From assembly GCA_965217775.1 (NCBI GenBank), contig CBDCJH010000002.1:1280001-1344000 (forward strand): 64,000 nt of DNA, given 5' to 3'. Source of the DNA: Acidobacteriota bacterium. Lineage in GTDB: Bacteria; Acidobacteriota; UBA6911; RPQK01; JAJDTT01. The notes under the pieces are model-generated. The model was not told the DNA's origin. It searched no databases and was given only the letters and a program-made list of their open reading frames with translations. Position numbers and translations under genes: made by a program. This document shows positions 37,958 through 47,616 of this stretch, piece after piece (the first letter of the stretch is position 1; every line of letters starts with the position of its first letter).

Positions 37958-38947
37958 TCAGAGCTCCGTTCCTACGTGTTGTTCCTGGATCTCCTGAATC
38001 CGGAGGATCGATGCCGGGTCGAACTCCAGGCTGGCCGCCTGCAGGTTGTCCTGCAGCTCGGCGACGTTCATGGCCCCGGGTATGGTGGTCGTGACCTCGT
38101 CCTGCGAGAGGCAGTAGCTCAGAGCGGCCTGAGCCGGGGAGCAACCGAGCCCACGATGGAGGAAATCGAATCGCTCCGACGCCTCCACCAGGGAAAGGTG
38201 TCTCTCCCGGGGCCACGTGGATCGAACGTCCGAGGTCGGGTCGAAGACGGTATTCCGGGTGAATCGGCCGGTCAGGTAGCCGAAGAAGAAGGGCTCGCGG
38301 CAGACGACACCGACGTCCAATTGCCGGAGCCGTGGAAGGATTCGCGCCCGGGCGCTCCAACTCAGCAGATTGAAGCGGAGTTGGACCACCTCCACCTCTT
38401 CGTCTTCGCAAAGCGGCAGGAAGAAGGACTCGCTCTCGGCGTGGGATGCGGGGAACGAGATCCCGTAGGCGCGAATGATCCCCCGCCGCTTGAGCTCCTT
38501 GAGGGCGGCCATGCCCGAAGGCTGGTAGAGACCGGTCTCGGGTGAGTGCAGGACGTAGACGTCGATGTAGTCCGTCCCCAGGCGCTCCAGAGAATCCTCG
38601 TAGTGCGCCATGATGTAGTCGCCCGAGTAGTCGCTGGTATAGCGCTTGTCCTTCAAGAATATCCCCACCTTGGTGGAAACGATGACCTCTTCCCGCCGGT
38701 TTCGGATGACCTGTCCCACCAGCCGTTCGGAATGCCCGTCGCCGTACCAGGGAGCCGTGTCCAGGAAGTTGACTCCCTGATCCAGGGCATGGCGGAGCAT
38801 ACTCAACGATTCGGTGTCGTCCACCTGGCCGTACCCGGAGATGGTCCCGTCCCGCTCCATGGGACCCCCGATCCCCCAGCACCCCAGGCCCACGACCGAG
38901 ACCTCCCTTCCGGTCCTGCCCAGTCGTTTCGTCTTCAGTCGGCTCAT
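37958..38947 (-). CDS. Aldo/keto reductase
   Basis: Start MSRLK at 38947; LGRTG.EVS.VGLGCW, FLDTA..YG.G.SE, SLERLGTDYID. Confidence 0.92.
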   Translation of the reverse strand: MSRLKTKRLGRTGREVSVVGLGCWGIGGPMERDGTISGYGQVDDTESLSMLRHALDQGVNFLDTAPWYGDGHSERLVGQVIRNRREEVIVSTKVGIFLKDKRYTSDYSGDYIMAHYEDSLERLGTDYIDVYVLHSPETGLYQPSGMAALKELKRRGIIRAYGISFPASHAESESFFLPLCEDEEVEVVQLRFNLLSWSARARILPRLRQLDVGVVCREPFFFGYLTGRFTRNTVFDPTSDVRSTWPRERHLSLVEASERFDFLHRGLGCSPAQAALSYCLSQDEVTTTIPGAMNVAELQDNLQAASLEFDPASILRIQEIQEQHVGTEL

Positions 38948-39122
38948 GAACCGTAAGTGTAGCAGTCCGGAGTGAAAGTCTCGTCTCCTGACGATCGAGC
39001 CTCGAGGGTCCGATCCGGACGCTTCGCCGGAGGCCGAATTGAATCGGTGGACCAGCCCCAATAAAATAAATACAAGCCGTTCGGGCGGTCGGAGCAGCAT
39101 GACTGTCGGCGGAAAGGTCGCG

Positions 39123-40553
39123 ATGATGACCCGCACAAACTTTCCCCTCGGCAGCGCTGAGCGCCCACTCCGCGTTGCCATCGTTGGCTCGGGACCCTCC
39201 GGTTTCTACGCCGCCGACGCTCTTTTCAAACATAAGGGTGTACATCTGCGCATCGACATGTTCGAGCGAATGGCCATGCCTTACGGGTTGGTTCGTTACG
39301 GAGTGGCGCCGGACCACCAAAACATCAAGCGCGTCATCCGCAGCTACGAGAAGACGGCTCGGGACCCGCGTTTCCGTTTCTTCGGCAACGTTCAGGTGGG
39401 ACGTGACCTCCCGGTGGAGAAACTGCACCAGCACTTCGACCAGGTGGTCTACGCTTTCGGTTGCGGTTCGGACCGGGAGTTGGGCATACCCGGAGAGGAC
39501 CTTCCGGGCAGCCACACGGCAACGGCCTTCGTGGCCTGGTACAACGGGCATCCCGATCACTGCAACGACCGGTTCGACCTCTCCGGCCGTCGCGTGGCCG
39601 TGGTGGGTGTCGGCAACGTGGCCATGGACGTGACGCGGATTCTGGTCAAGGACCCGGAGGATCTGGCCTCCACCGACATCGCGCATTACGCTCTGGACGC
39701 CCTGCGCAAGAGCCGGGTCAAAGAGGTTCTGGTCTTGGGACGCCGGGGTCCGGTCCAAGCCAAGTTCACACCCAAGGAGATCCGGGAGATCGGCAGCCTG
39801 CCCGGCGTGGATGTGATGGTCAGACCACACGACCTGGATCTGGACGAGTACTCCGTTTCCGAGATGCGAAAAAAAGGGCCGGCGCGCCGCAACGTACAGT
39901 ACCTGATGGAGCGGGCCCGGCTGGGGTCCCAAGGGGGGTCGCGCCGCGTCCTCTTGCAGTTTCTTGCTTCGCCGGTGGAGATCCTCGCGAGCGGCGGAAG
40001 GGTCGGAGCGGTACGGGTCGAGCGAAATCGTCTTGTGGCCGACGAACATGGCCGGATTCGGTCCGTGGGGACCGGAGTCAGCGAAATAGTGCCCGTGGAT
40101 CTGGTGTTCCGATCCGTGGGCTACCGGGGCGTACCGTTCCCGGGAATCCCGTTCGATGACCGGAAGGGAGTCATACCCAGCGCCCAGGGCCGTGTCCTGG
40201 GCCGGCGCGGGGAATCGAACGGCACGGGAGAGTACGTTGTGGGTTGGATCAAGCGCGGGCCCACCGGGCTCATCGGAACCAACAAGGGAGACTCGGCGGA
40301 AACCGTTCGCAGCATGATGGAGGATATCCGCGGCAGAGAGGCTCAACCGGTTTTCGCAGGTGCGGACGATGGCGTGTCGCGTCTCCTGCTGGACCGGGGA
40401 ATCCGCCCGATTCAATTCTCCGATTGGAATATCATCGACCGGGAAGAGCAGGAGCGGGGCCGGCGGCGAGGCAAGCTGAGGGAGAAGATCACCGATCCGG
40501 CGGACGTGACCTCGTTGTTGGATGGACAGCGTTTCCGCGCTCCAGTAGCTTAG
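39123..40553 (+). CDS. Adrenodoxin-reductase-like ferredoxin-NADP+ reductase (FprA type)
   Basis: VGSGPSGFY, PYGLVRYGVAPDH, FVAWYNGHP, GVGNVAMDV, GWIKRGPTG.IGTNK. Confidence 0.92.
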   Translation: MMTRTNFPLGSAERPLRVAIVGSGPSGFYAADALFKHKGVHLRIDMFERMAMPYGLVRYGVAPDHQNIKRVIRSYEKTARDPRFRFFGNVQVGRDLPVEKLHQHFDQVVYAFGCGSDRELGIPGEDLPGSHTATAFVAWYNGHPDHCNDRFDLSGRRVAVVGVGNVAMDVTRILVKDPEDLASTDIAHYALDALRKSRVKEVLVLGRRGPVQAKFTPKEIREIGSLPGVDVMVRPHDLDLDEYSVSEMRKKGPARRNVQYLMERARLGSQGGSRRVLLQFLASPVEILASGGRVGAVRVERNRLVADEHGRIRSVGTGVSEIVPVDLVFRSVGYRGVPFPGIPFDDRKGVIPSAQGRVLGRRGESNGTGEYVVGWIKRGPTGLIGTNKGDSAETVRSMMEDIRGREAQPVFAGADDGVSRLLLDRGIRPIQFSDWNIIDREEQERGRRRGKLREKITDPADVTSLLDGQRFRAPVA

Positions 40554-40617
40554 CCGGCAGCCGCCAAACGGTATTCTCAACCGATTCGGCTTTCCTGACA
40601 GGAAAGGGGACGACAGC

Positions 40618-41709
40618 ATGGGGTCGATTCGCCGGCGCGAGTTCGGTCAGGTTCTGGCGGCGACAGGGCTGGGGCTGGCGGCCGGGTCGTCGCGTTCCGA
40701 GGCGGCGGTCACGAAGAAACGGCGCATTCCTCTGGGATTCGACAATTATTCGATTCGGGCGTTGGGCTGGAAGGCGCCGCGTCTCATCCGGTACGCCTCC
40801 TCCCTGGGACTGGACTCGTGCCTGCTCTCGGACCTTCACGTCTACGACAGCCACGACGAGTCCTATTTGAAGGAGATTCGGGGTCAGGCGGAGGCGGCCG
40901 GCATCCGGCTCCACGTGGGGACGGGGAGCGTGTGTCCTACCTCTTCGAGCTTCAAAACCGACTTCGGCAGTGCGGAGGAGCATCTGGCGCTCACCATCCG
41001 GATCGCCCGGATTCTGGGCTCGCCGGTGGCCCGTTGTTTTCTGGGATCTCGCCAGGATCGTCTGGGTCCGGATGGGATCGAGCCTCACATGAGGAGCACC
41101 GTCCAGGTCTTTCGGAACCTGAAGAGCCGGGCCGTTGAGGCGGGAGTCCGCATCGCCATCGAGAATCATGCCGGCGATATGCAGGCCCGGGAGACGGTTC
41201 GTGTGATCGAGGAGGCGGGGAGCGACTTCGTGGGAGCGACGGTGGATTCGGGAAACGCCACCTGGAGTCTGGAGGACCCGGTCCGGAATCTGGAGATTCT
41301 GGGTCCCTACGCCGTTTCCAGCGGTATCCGGGATTCCATGGTCTGGGAGGACGAGGCCGGCGCCCGGGTCCAGTGGGCGGCCATGGGGGACGGTTGCGTC
41401 GACCTGGAGACCTACATGGACCGATTTGCCCAACTCTGCCCCGGCGTCCCCATCCAGTTGGAAACCATCTCCGGGGTGCAGAGATCCGTTCCCTATCTGA
41501 AGGAAGACTTCTGGAATCCTTACCCGGCCGCCCTGGCCCAGGATTTTGCCGCGTTCGTGGCCCTGGCCAAGCGAGGCATGCCATTGAAGCCTTTTGCGGT
41601 TACGGAGGGCGTCGACCCCGCGGACGCGGCTGCCTCGTACCAGAAGGCGGAGTTGGAGCGCAGTGTCCGCTATTGCAAGGAGGTGCTGGGGCTGGGCTTG
41701 AAGTCGTAG
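40618..41709 (+). CDS. Sugar phosphate isomerase/epimerase (AP endonuclease 2 TIM barrel), Tat-like signal
   Basis: IRRREF, AIENHAGD, DSGN, MGDG.VD, LETI. Confidence 0.85.
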   Translation: MGSIRRREFGQVLAATGLGLAAGSSRSEAAVTKKRRIPLGFDNYSIRALGWKAPRLIRYASSLGLDSCLLSDLHVYDSHDESYLKEIRGQAEAAGIRLHVGTGSVCPTSSSFKTDFGSAEEHLALTIRIARILGSPVARCFLGSRQDRLGPDGIEPHMRSTVQVFRNLKSRAVEAGVRIAIENHAGDMQARETVRVIEEAGSDFVGATVDSGNATWSLEDPVRNLEILGPYAVSSGIRDSMVWEDEAGARVQWAAMGDGCVDLETYMDRFAQLCPGVPIQLETISGVQRSVPYLKEDFWNPYPAALAQDFAAFVALAKRGMPLKPFAVTEGVDPADAAASYQKAELERSVRYCKEVLGLGLKS

Positions 41710-41741
41710 CCACGGACCGACGAGGAGGTGTGAACCGAATA

Positions 41742-42923
41742 ATGCAGATCACGAAAGTCGATTCCTACATCGTGGAGAATCCTTGGAACCCCTGGTTCTT
41801 TGTGCGGGTGGAGACGGATACGGGAGTCGTGGGCGTCGGCGAGGGGATCGGGTACCACTGGTCCCTGGCCGCTCAAGCCTATCTGCGCCAGAACGGGGAG
41901 CATCTCTTCCTGGGCCGGGACCCCCACGACATCGAGCAGATGGTCCTGGACACCCGTCAGATGCTGGGGATCGATCGGGGCCTGGGAATGGTGGAGAGAA
42001 GCGTTCTCTCGGCCGTGGAGCAGGCCTGCTGGGACATTCTGGGCAAACACTACGGAGTCCCGGTCTACAAATTGCTGGGCGGCAAGGTACGGGACCGGAT
42101 CCGCGTATACGCCAATGGCTGGTACAACGATTTCGACGTCCGGGACATCCGCCAATGGGCCGCCAAGGCCAGAAGGCTGGTGGACCAAGGCTACACGGCG
42201 CTCAAGTTCGACCCCTTCGGAGCCGCCTACCGGCGTCTCGAACCCTCCGAGTTCCGCCTGGCCGTGGAAATCGTCGCCGCCCTCCGCGAGGCTACGGGGC
42301 CCGACACGGGCCTGATCGTGGAGGCGCACGCCCGTTTTCATCCCGAAGCCGCGATTCAGTTCGGCAAGGCCATGGAACCGTACGACCTGCTCTGGTACGA
42401 GGCGCCGACTCTCGGGTACCTGGGGCCCGCATCCCTCAAGGAAGTGGCGTCCCGGGTCAATATTCCCATCGGGACCGACGTGGCCGGAATCTCCGATCTG
42501 GTCCAGGCCAGCCAGTATCTGCCCGACCGGGCGGCAGGCGTCTACCAGCCCGACGTGGGCTATTCCTGCGGGATCCTGGAGGTGAAGAAGATGGCGGCCT
42601 TGGCCGACGCCCTGGGCGTGTTCTTCGCTCCCCACCAGTCCCTGGGGCCCATCTGCATGGCGGCTTCGATCCAGGTCAGCTTCACCGCACCCGCCTTCCT
42701 GATCCAGGAGGCGTTCGCCGAGTTCGCCTATCCCTCCTGGACGCGGGACCTGGTCACGGGATCGGCGCCGATCCGGAACGGATACATCGAATTGCCGGAA
42801 AAGCCGGGTCTGGGCGTGGAACTGGACGTCTCGGTGGCCCGCCAACATCCCCTCAAGGGAGACCGGGTAATCGATCTCCTGGCCGAAGGCTGGGAGGGGC
42901 GGTCGGATGTCCTGAAGGAATAA
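41742..42923 (+). CDS. Mandelate racemase/muconate lactonizing enzyme family (galactonate dehydratase-like)
   Basis: ETDTG.VGVGE, EQACWDI.GK..GVPVYKLLGG, YANGW, ALKFDPF, APH, KPGLG. Confidence 0.9.
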   Translation: MQITKVDSYIVENPWNPWFFVRVETDTGVVGVGEGIGYHWSLAAQAYLRQNGEHLFLGRDPHDIEQMVLDTRQMLGIDRGLGMVERSVLSAVEQACWDILGKHYGVPVYKLLGGKVRDRIRVYANGWYNDFDVRDIRQWAAKARRLVDQGYTALKFDPFGAAYRRLEPSEFRLAVEIVAALREATGPDTGLIVEAHARFHPEAAIQFGKAMEPYDLLWYEAPTLGYLGPASLKEVASRVNIPIGTDVAGISDLVQASQYLPDRAAGVYQPDVGYSCGILEVKKMAALADALGVFFAPHQSLGPICMAASIQVSFTAPAFLIQEAFAEFAYPSWTRDLVTGSAPIRNGYIELPEKPGLGVELDVSVARQHPLKGDRVIDLLAEGWEGRSDVLKE

Positions 42924-43028
42924 CTCCTGGACGATAGGACGGACAGCGGCGGATCAGAACTCGTTGTGGTCGCTCCAAAGAATATCTAATGTCTAGAAAT
43001 AGAATCTATTATGTAATATTATAGAATT

Positions 43029-43232
43029 ATGAAGACGACAGTAGATATTCCTAGAAGGGAATTGGAGGATGCTATCAGGTTCACCAACGCGAAGACCAAG
43101 CGGGAGGCCATCGTCGGTGCCATCGCAGATTTCAATCGGCGCATGCGCATGGCAGAGCTCACTCGGTTTTCGGGAACCTGCACTGAATTGATCACCCCAG
43201 AAGAACTTCAGGCCATTCGTCGCAAGGAGTAA
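43029..43232 (+). CDS. vapB: VapB-type antitoxin
   Basis: MKTTVDIP…TKREAI; upstream of a PIN gene; AT-rich promoter. Confidence 0.85.
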   Translation: MKTTVDIPRRELEDAIRFTNAKTKREAIVGAIADFNRRMRMAELTRFSGTCTELITPEELQAIRRKE

Positions 43233-43236
43233 CCCG

Positions 43237-43620
43237 TTGATCCTTGTCGATACGTCGTCTTGGATTCACATGCTGCGTCGAAACGGCGATCCAGCAGTTC
43301 GCGTCCGTGTCGAAGTAGCCCTGAGGACAGGCCAAGCGTGCTGGTGTCCGTTGGTCCAACTGGAACTCTGGAACGGCGCGAGGGGCCAGCAGGAACGGAA
43401 GGCTCTGCGGGAAATCGCCCGGGTGCTACCAGAACTTCGCATTGACGATGAGGTCTGGCGGATTGCGCATGATTTGGCGCGTCGAGCCAGAGCTCATGGC
43501 ATTACCGCGTCTGCAACGGACTTGATCGTGGCTGCCTGCGCCCGCCGTTACGGTGTTTTTCTCGAAACCGCCGATTCAGATTTCGAACATTTGGCGTCCG
43601 TAATCGGACCAATCGGATAG
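43237..43620 (+). CDS. vapC: VapC PIN-domain toxin
   Basis: ILVDTSSWI, LELWNG, DLIVAACA, TADSDF. Confidence 0.9.
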   Translation: MILVDTSSWIHMLRRNGDPAVRVRVEVALRTGQACWCPLVQLELWNGARGQQERKALREIARVLPELRIDDEVWRIAHDLARRARAHGITASATDLIVAACARRYGVFLETADSDFEHLASVIGPIG

Positions 43621-43698
43621 GCTGCTCTTGCCAACTGTTCAGTGCTCCGGCAAGGCAGAACCGCCAGACTCGGTGTTCGACCGGCAGGGAGGATCGGC

Positions 43699-44712
43699 AT
43701 GAGCAAGCCATTTCGCACCACGGTGACCGGAAGTTATCCACGCCCGGTCCAGCCCCAGGACACTCTGCGCAAGCCGGAACTCAGCCGGGAGGAGGCCGAC
43801 GAGATCATCCGCTGGGCGGTTCGGGACCAGGTGGACGCGGGACTGGACATCGTGACCGACGGCGAGGGCCGGCGCGAGAACATGTACTACTTCGTCCAGA
43901 AGAGGGTCGACGGCGTCAGCTTCGAAGAGATGACCTACCGGAAGTTCGGGACCGCCGGCTTCGGAATCGAATTGGCCCAGGTGGTGGGCCCCCTCACCAA
44001 TCCCAACGTGAGGCTGTCCCACGACTGGCGGGTGGCCCGGGACGCCGCTCCAGCAGGCGTCGAGGTCAAGCTCACCTGCATCGGCCCGCATATGTTGGCC
44101 AAGTTCTCAGACAACCGCCGGCCCGACCTCTACCCGGACGACGCCGCGCTCGCGGCCGGCTACGCTCGGATCCTGAACCAGGAATTTCGGGAGGCGGTCC
44201 GCGCCGGTTGCGAGTTCATCCAATTCGACGAACCGGCGTGGACCGCATTTCCTGAAGACGCGGTCTGGGCGGCCGAGACGCTGAAACTGGCAACCGAGGG
44301 CCTCGGCATTCGTTTCGGTCTCCATGTCTGCGGAGGAAATGCCTACCGAAAACGAGTCTATTTCGCCCGCTACACCGACATGGCCGAGGCCTTTCGCGCC
44401 GCTCCGGTCGACCAGATCTCCCTGGAACACTGCACCCTGGAATACGACATGATGCCTCTCTGGGAGGAACTGGACTACCGGGGAGAGTTTGCCGTGGGAG
44501 TCCTGGATCAACGCAGCGACGAAATCGAGCCGCCGGATCTGATCGTCGAAAGGACGCGGCCGGCCCTGGAGCATTTTCCTCCCGAACGCCTCCTGCTGAC
44601 GTCCGAATGCGGCTTTCAGCACGTCCCCCTGGAGATCACCCGCAACAAGCTGAGGACCCTGGTGGCGGGCGCCGAACAGGCGCGAAGGGCCCTGGTCCGT
44701 CCATCCGGCTGA
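43699..44712 (+). CDS. Short cobalamin-independent methionine synthase-like protein (single MetE catalytic domain)
   Basis: TTVTGSYPRP, GLDIVTDGE.RR, IQFDEPA, Zn ligands HVC / LE / ECG. Confidence 0.85.
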   Translation: MSKPFRTTVTGSYPRPVQPQDTLRKPELSREEADEIIRWAVRDQVDAGLDIVTDGEGRRENMYYFVQKRVDGVSFEEMTYRKFGTAGFGIELAQVVGPLTNPNVRLSHDWRVARDAAPAGVEVKLTCIGPHMLAKFSDNRRPDLYPDDAALAAGYARILNQEFREAVRAGCEFIQFDEPAWTAFPEDAVWAAETLKLATEGLGIRFGLHVCGGNAYRKRVYFARYTDMAEAFRAAPVDQISLEHCTLEYDMMPLWEELDYRGEFAVGVLDQRSDEIEPPDLIVERTRPALEHFPPERLLLTSECGFQHVPLEITRNKLRTLVAGAEQARRALVRPSG

Positions 44713-44727
44713 GGAAACGAGGAATCC

Positions 44728-46659
44728 GTGGGCACCGTCTTCACACCACTCGACGCGGGCGTCTTCTTCGCTGCCTTGGCGCTGGTGATGGCCATCGGCC
44801 TGCTGGCGTCGCGGCGCGAGAAGACGGCGGAGGCCTATTTTCTGGCGGGCCGTGACATCCCCTGGTGGGGCGTGGCCGGTTCCATCTACGGCAGCAACGT
44901 CAGCGCCAATCACATGATCGGGATGATGGGCATCGGCTTCAGCGTCGGTTTCGCCCAGAGCCACTTCGAGTTGGGAGCCATCGCCGGCCTCATGCTCCTT
45001 TGCTACGGGTTCCTCCCGGTCTATCGCAAGTTGAGGGTCTACACCCTCTCCGAATATCTGGAGCGCCGCTACGATCAGCGCAGCCGCGCCGCCTACGCCG
45101 TCATCCTGGTCATCACCATGGCCGTGGTCCAACTGGTTCCGGCCCTCTACATCGGCGCCCGTTCCAGTTGCGTGCTCATGGGCGGAGCCGCGCTCGAGGA
45201 GATCGTTTCGGAATCGATTCCAGGAGAGACAGCCGATGTGGAGCCGGGATCCGGCATCGCGCCGGAGACGCCGGCCAAGTCGAAGCTGGGCGTGAATCGG
45301 TTCCACTACAGCGTCTTCGTTCTGATCCTGGCCGCCATCGCCACCAGCTACACCATTTTCGGCGGACTCAAGGCGGTGATCTGGACGGACGTGATCCAGT
45401 CGGTCCTGCTGCTGATGGGCGGCATCCTCCTGGCGGTACTCACCTTTGACCGGTTGGGAGGTTGGAGTGCCCTGATGGAGCTGGATCGGGCGGGGTCCGG
45501 CAAGATGCACCTCTATCTGCCAAGTGACCATCCGGACCTCCCCTGGACCGGGGTCCTGACCGGTCTGATGGCGCTGCACATCTTCTATTGGGGAACGAAC
45601 CAGTTCATCGTCCAGCGTGCACTGAGCGCCCGGAGCGACTCGCAGGCGCGTCTGGGAATCGTAGCGGCCGGGTTCCTCAAATTGCTGATCCCGTTCTTTT
45701 CCATCGCCAGCGGAGTGGCCGCCTTCTATCTCTTCCAGTCCGAGCTGCCGGATCGTTCCGTGGCGCCCGACACCGCCTTCACCGAGCTGATCGTTCTGGT
45801 GATCCGGCCCCTCGGATTCGGACTCATCGGCGTGATCTCGGCCGGCGCCGTGGGAGCCATCCTGTCCTCCATCGATTCCATGATGAACTCGGCCGCCACC
45901 ATCGTCAGCATGGACCTCTACCGCCGGTACCTCAATCCTCAGGCCAGCGACGCCCAGCTGATCCGGGTGGGACGATGGTCCATCCTGGGGTTTGTCTCGC
46001 TCGCCAGCCTGTTCGCTCTTTTCGTCATCGATCCCAACTCGGAGAAGAATTTCTTTCTACAGATCGTCGACTACCAGGGTTATCTGACGCCCGGGCTCCT
46101 GGTGGTCTTCCTGCTGGGACTGTTCTGGCGGGGGACGACGCCCACGGCGGCCATTGTCACCATCGTCCTTGGCGTCTTCTATTCCTGGGCCGTGGAGTGG
46201 ATCTACCTGGCGCACTTGGGCCCGTTACCCGCGATGGCGTCGTTGACCGGCGAGGTGCTCAACTTTTTTCACCGGGTCGTCGTGGTCGTGGTGCTGTGCA
46301 CGTTGACGGCCGTCGTAGTGAGCCGCTGGGGCAGTTGCCCCGAGGAAAAGGCGAAGCTGACGTGGGCCGGCGTGCTCGCCGTTTCACCGGAGGCGGTCAG
46401 AAATCTGCTGTCGGGCCTCGTGGTCTGGCTCGGATTGCTGGTGGCGCTGGCGGCGGCCGTGGCCGGAGGCCGTCTGACCCCGGCGTCCGCGGCCCTTCTT
46501 GCTTCGGTCTTGACCCTGGGAATGTTCTGGATGCTGCTGAGGCGCCGCGCCCGGAGCCGGGGGCCGGTGAATCTCGTGTCCTGGGTCGTTCGGGAAGACC
46601 GATTCTGGGCCGGATGCCTCTGTGCGGGCGCCGTCTTCTTTCTCTTCTATTTCTATTGA
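44728..46659 (+). CDS. Sodium:solute symporter (SGLT-like)
   Basis: YFLAGR.IPWW, TLSEYLERRY, GGLKAVIWTD, NQFIVQRAL, SSIDSMMNS. Confidence 0.92.
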   Translation: MGTVFTPLDAGVFFAALALVMAIGLLASRREKTAEAYFLAGRDIPWWGVAGSIYGSNVSANHMIGMMGIGFSVGFAQSHFELGAIAGLMLLCYGFLPVYRKLRVYTLSEYLERRYDQRSRAAYAVILVITMAVVQLVPALYIGARSSCVLMGGAALEEIVSESIPGETADVEPGSGIAPETPAKSKLGVNRFHYSVFVLILAAIATSYTIFGGLKAVIWTDVIQSVLLLMGGILLAVLTFDRLGGWSALMELDRAGSGKMHLYLPSDHPDLPWTGVLTGLMALHIFYWGTNQFIVQRALSARSDSQARLGIVAAGFLKLLIPFFSIASGVAAFYLFQSELPDRSVAPDTAFTELIVLVIRPLGFGLIGVISAGAVGAILSSIDSMMNSAATIVSMDLYRRYLNPQASDAQLIRVGRWSILGFVSLASLFALFVIDPNSEKNFFLQIVDYQGYLTPGLLVVFLLGLFWRGTTPTAAIVTIVLGVFYSWAVEWIYLAHLGPLPAMASLTGEVLNFFHRVVVVVVLCTLTAVVVSRWGSCPEEKAKLTWAGVLAVSPEAVRNLLSGLVVWLGLLVALAAAVAGGRLTPASAALLASVLTLGMFWMLLRRRARSRGPVNLVSWVVREDRFWAGCLCAGAVFFLFYFY

Positions 46660-46726
46660 TCCGGACTCCGGAACCTTGCGGGAGGACCAACCGCAGTTTC
46701 CTTTCGCTCCGGGAATTCTCTCTCGC

Positions 46727-47569
46727 TCAGGAAGGGTTCCGCGCCCCTTCGGTCTGTTTCCGGACGGCTCGCCGGACGCCGGCACGGAGCAGCGACGGAA
46801 ACAGGAGCTTGACCAACGGCAGGAACCCCATGGCTTTGGGGATGTAGAGGTTTCCCCCTGGTCCGGATAACGAGTTGATGATCAGTCGGGAGCACTCTCG
46901 GACGCTCACCCCTCGCTGGCGGCGGGACCGATGTGCGGCGGACCCCAAAGGCGTCCCGTCTGCGGACAGGGCGCGAGCTCGGATACCGGTGCTCCGAATC
47001 CATCCCGGCATCACGTTCAAAATCCGGACTTCGCCGTGCAACTCGGCCCGCAACGTCTCCAGGAGACCGTCCAGGGCGTGCTTGCTGGCGGTGTACCCGC
47101 TGTGAAACGGAACGCCGACCCGGCCCTGGACGGAGGAGATGGCCACGATCATGCCATGGTGCTCTTTCAAGGATGCCAGGGCAGGATGGATGCAGTGGAC
47201 AGCTCCCAGGTAGTTCACTTCCATGAGCGTCCTGAAGATGTCGGTGTTTCGAACCTGGTCGAAGAGCGTCCACATGCTCACGCCGGCGCTGAGGATGAGA
47301 TAGTCGAGAGTTCCGAACTCCGCGGTCACCGCCGATACCATTTCGCGGCACTGCCGGGCGTCGGTCACGTCGGTGGGAACAACGAGGCAGTCGGCTCCGA
47401 TTCGCCGGACGCCCCCGGCCGTTTCCTGAAGCGGCTGCTCCGAGCGGGAAGCCAATCCCAGGTTCAAGCCCTGGGCGGCCAGATCAAGAGCCAGTCTCTT
47501 CCCCAGCCCTGACGAAGCGCCGGTGATGAGGGCCGTCTTGCCCTGGAGTTTGAAGTTCCCTTTGCGCAT
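46727..47569 (-). CDS. Short-chain dehydrogenase/reductase, DHRS7B-like
   Basis: TGASSGLG, VNYLG, ISSVQG…PFHSGYTASKHAL…LRAE. Confidence 0.85.
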   Translation of the reverse strand: MRKGNFKLQGKTALITGASSGLGKRLALDLAAQGLNLGLASRSEQPLQETAGGVRRIGADCLVVPTDVTDARQCREMVSAVTAEFGTLDYLILSAGVSMWTLFDQVRNTDIFRTLMEVNYLGAVHCIHPALASLKEHHGMIVAISSVQGRVGVPFHSGYTASKHALDGLLETLRAELHGEVRILNVMPGWIRSTGIRARALSADGTPLGSAAHRSRRQRGVSVRECSRLIINSLSGPGGNLYIPKAMGFLPLVKLLFPSLLRAGVRRAVRKQTEGARNPS

Positions 47570-47616
47570 GGATCAGGTCGTGAGGGTGCTCGTCCCGGCG
47601 GCGCGGCGGTTGCCGC

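Noticed and set aside
37179-40619. 1146-aa minus-strand ORF, and similar long ORFs at 31143-34319, 16751-19381, 7705-9855, 3402-5465 and 60568-62421
   Set aside because: Shadow frames overlapping well-supported genes; no recognisable motifs; expected at high GC.
46660-46726. Imperfect stem-loop between the convergent symporter and SDR genes
   Set aside because: Weak pairing in GC-rich sequence; not distinguishable from background.
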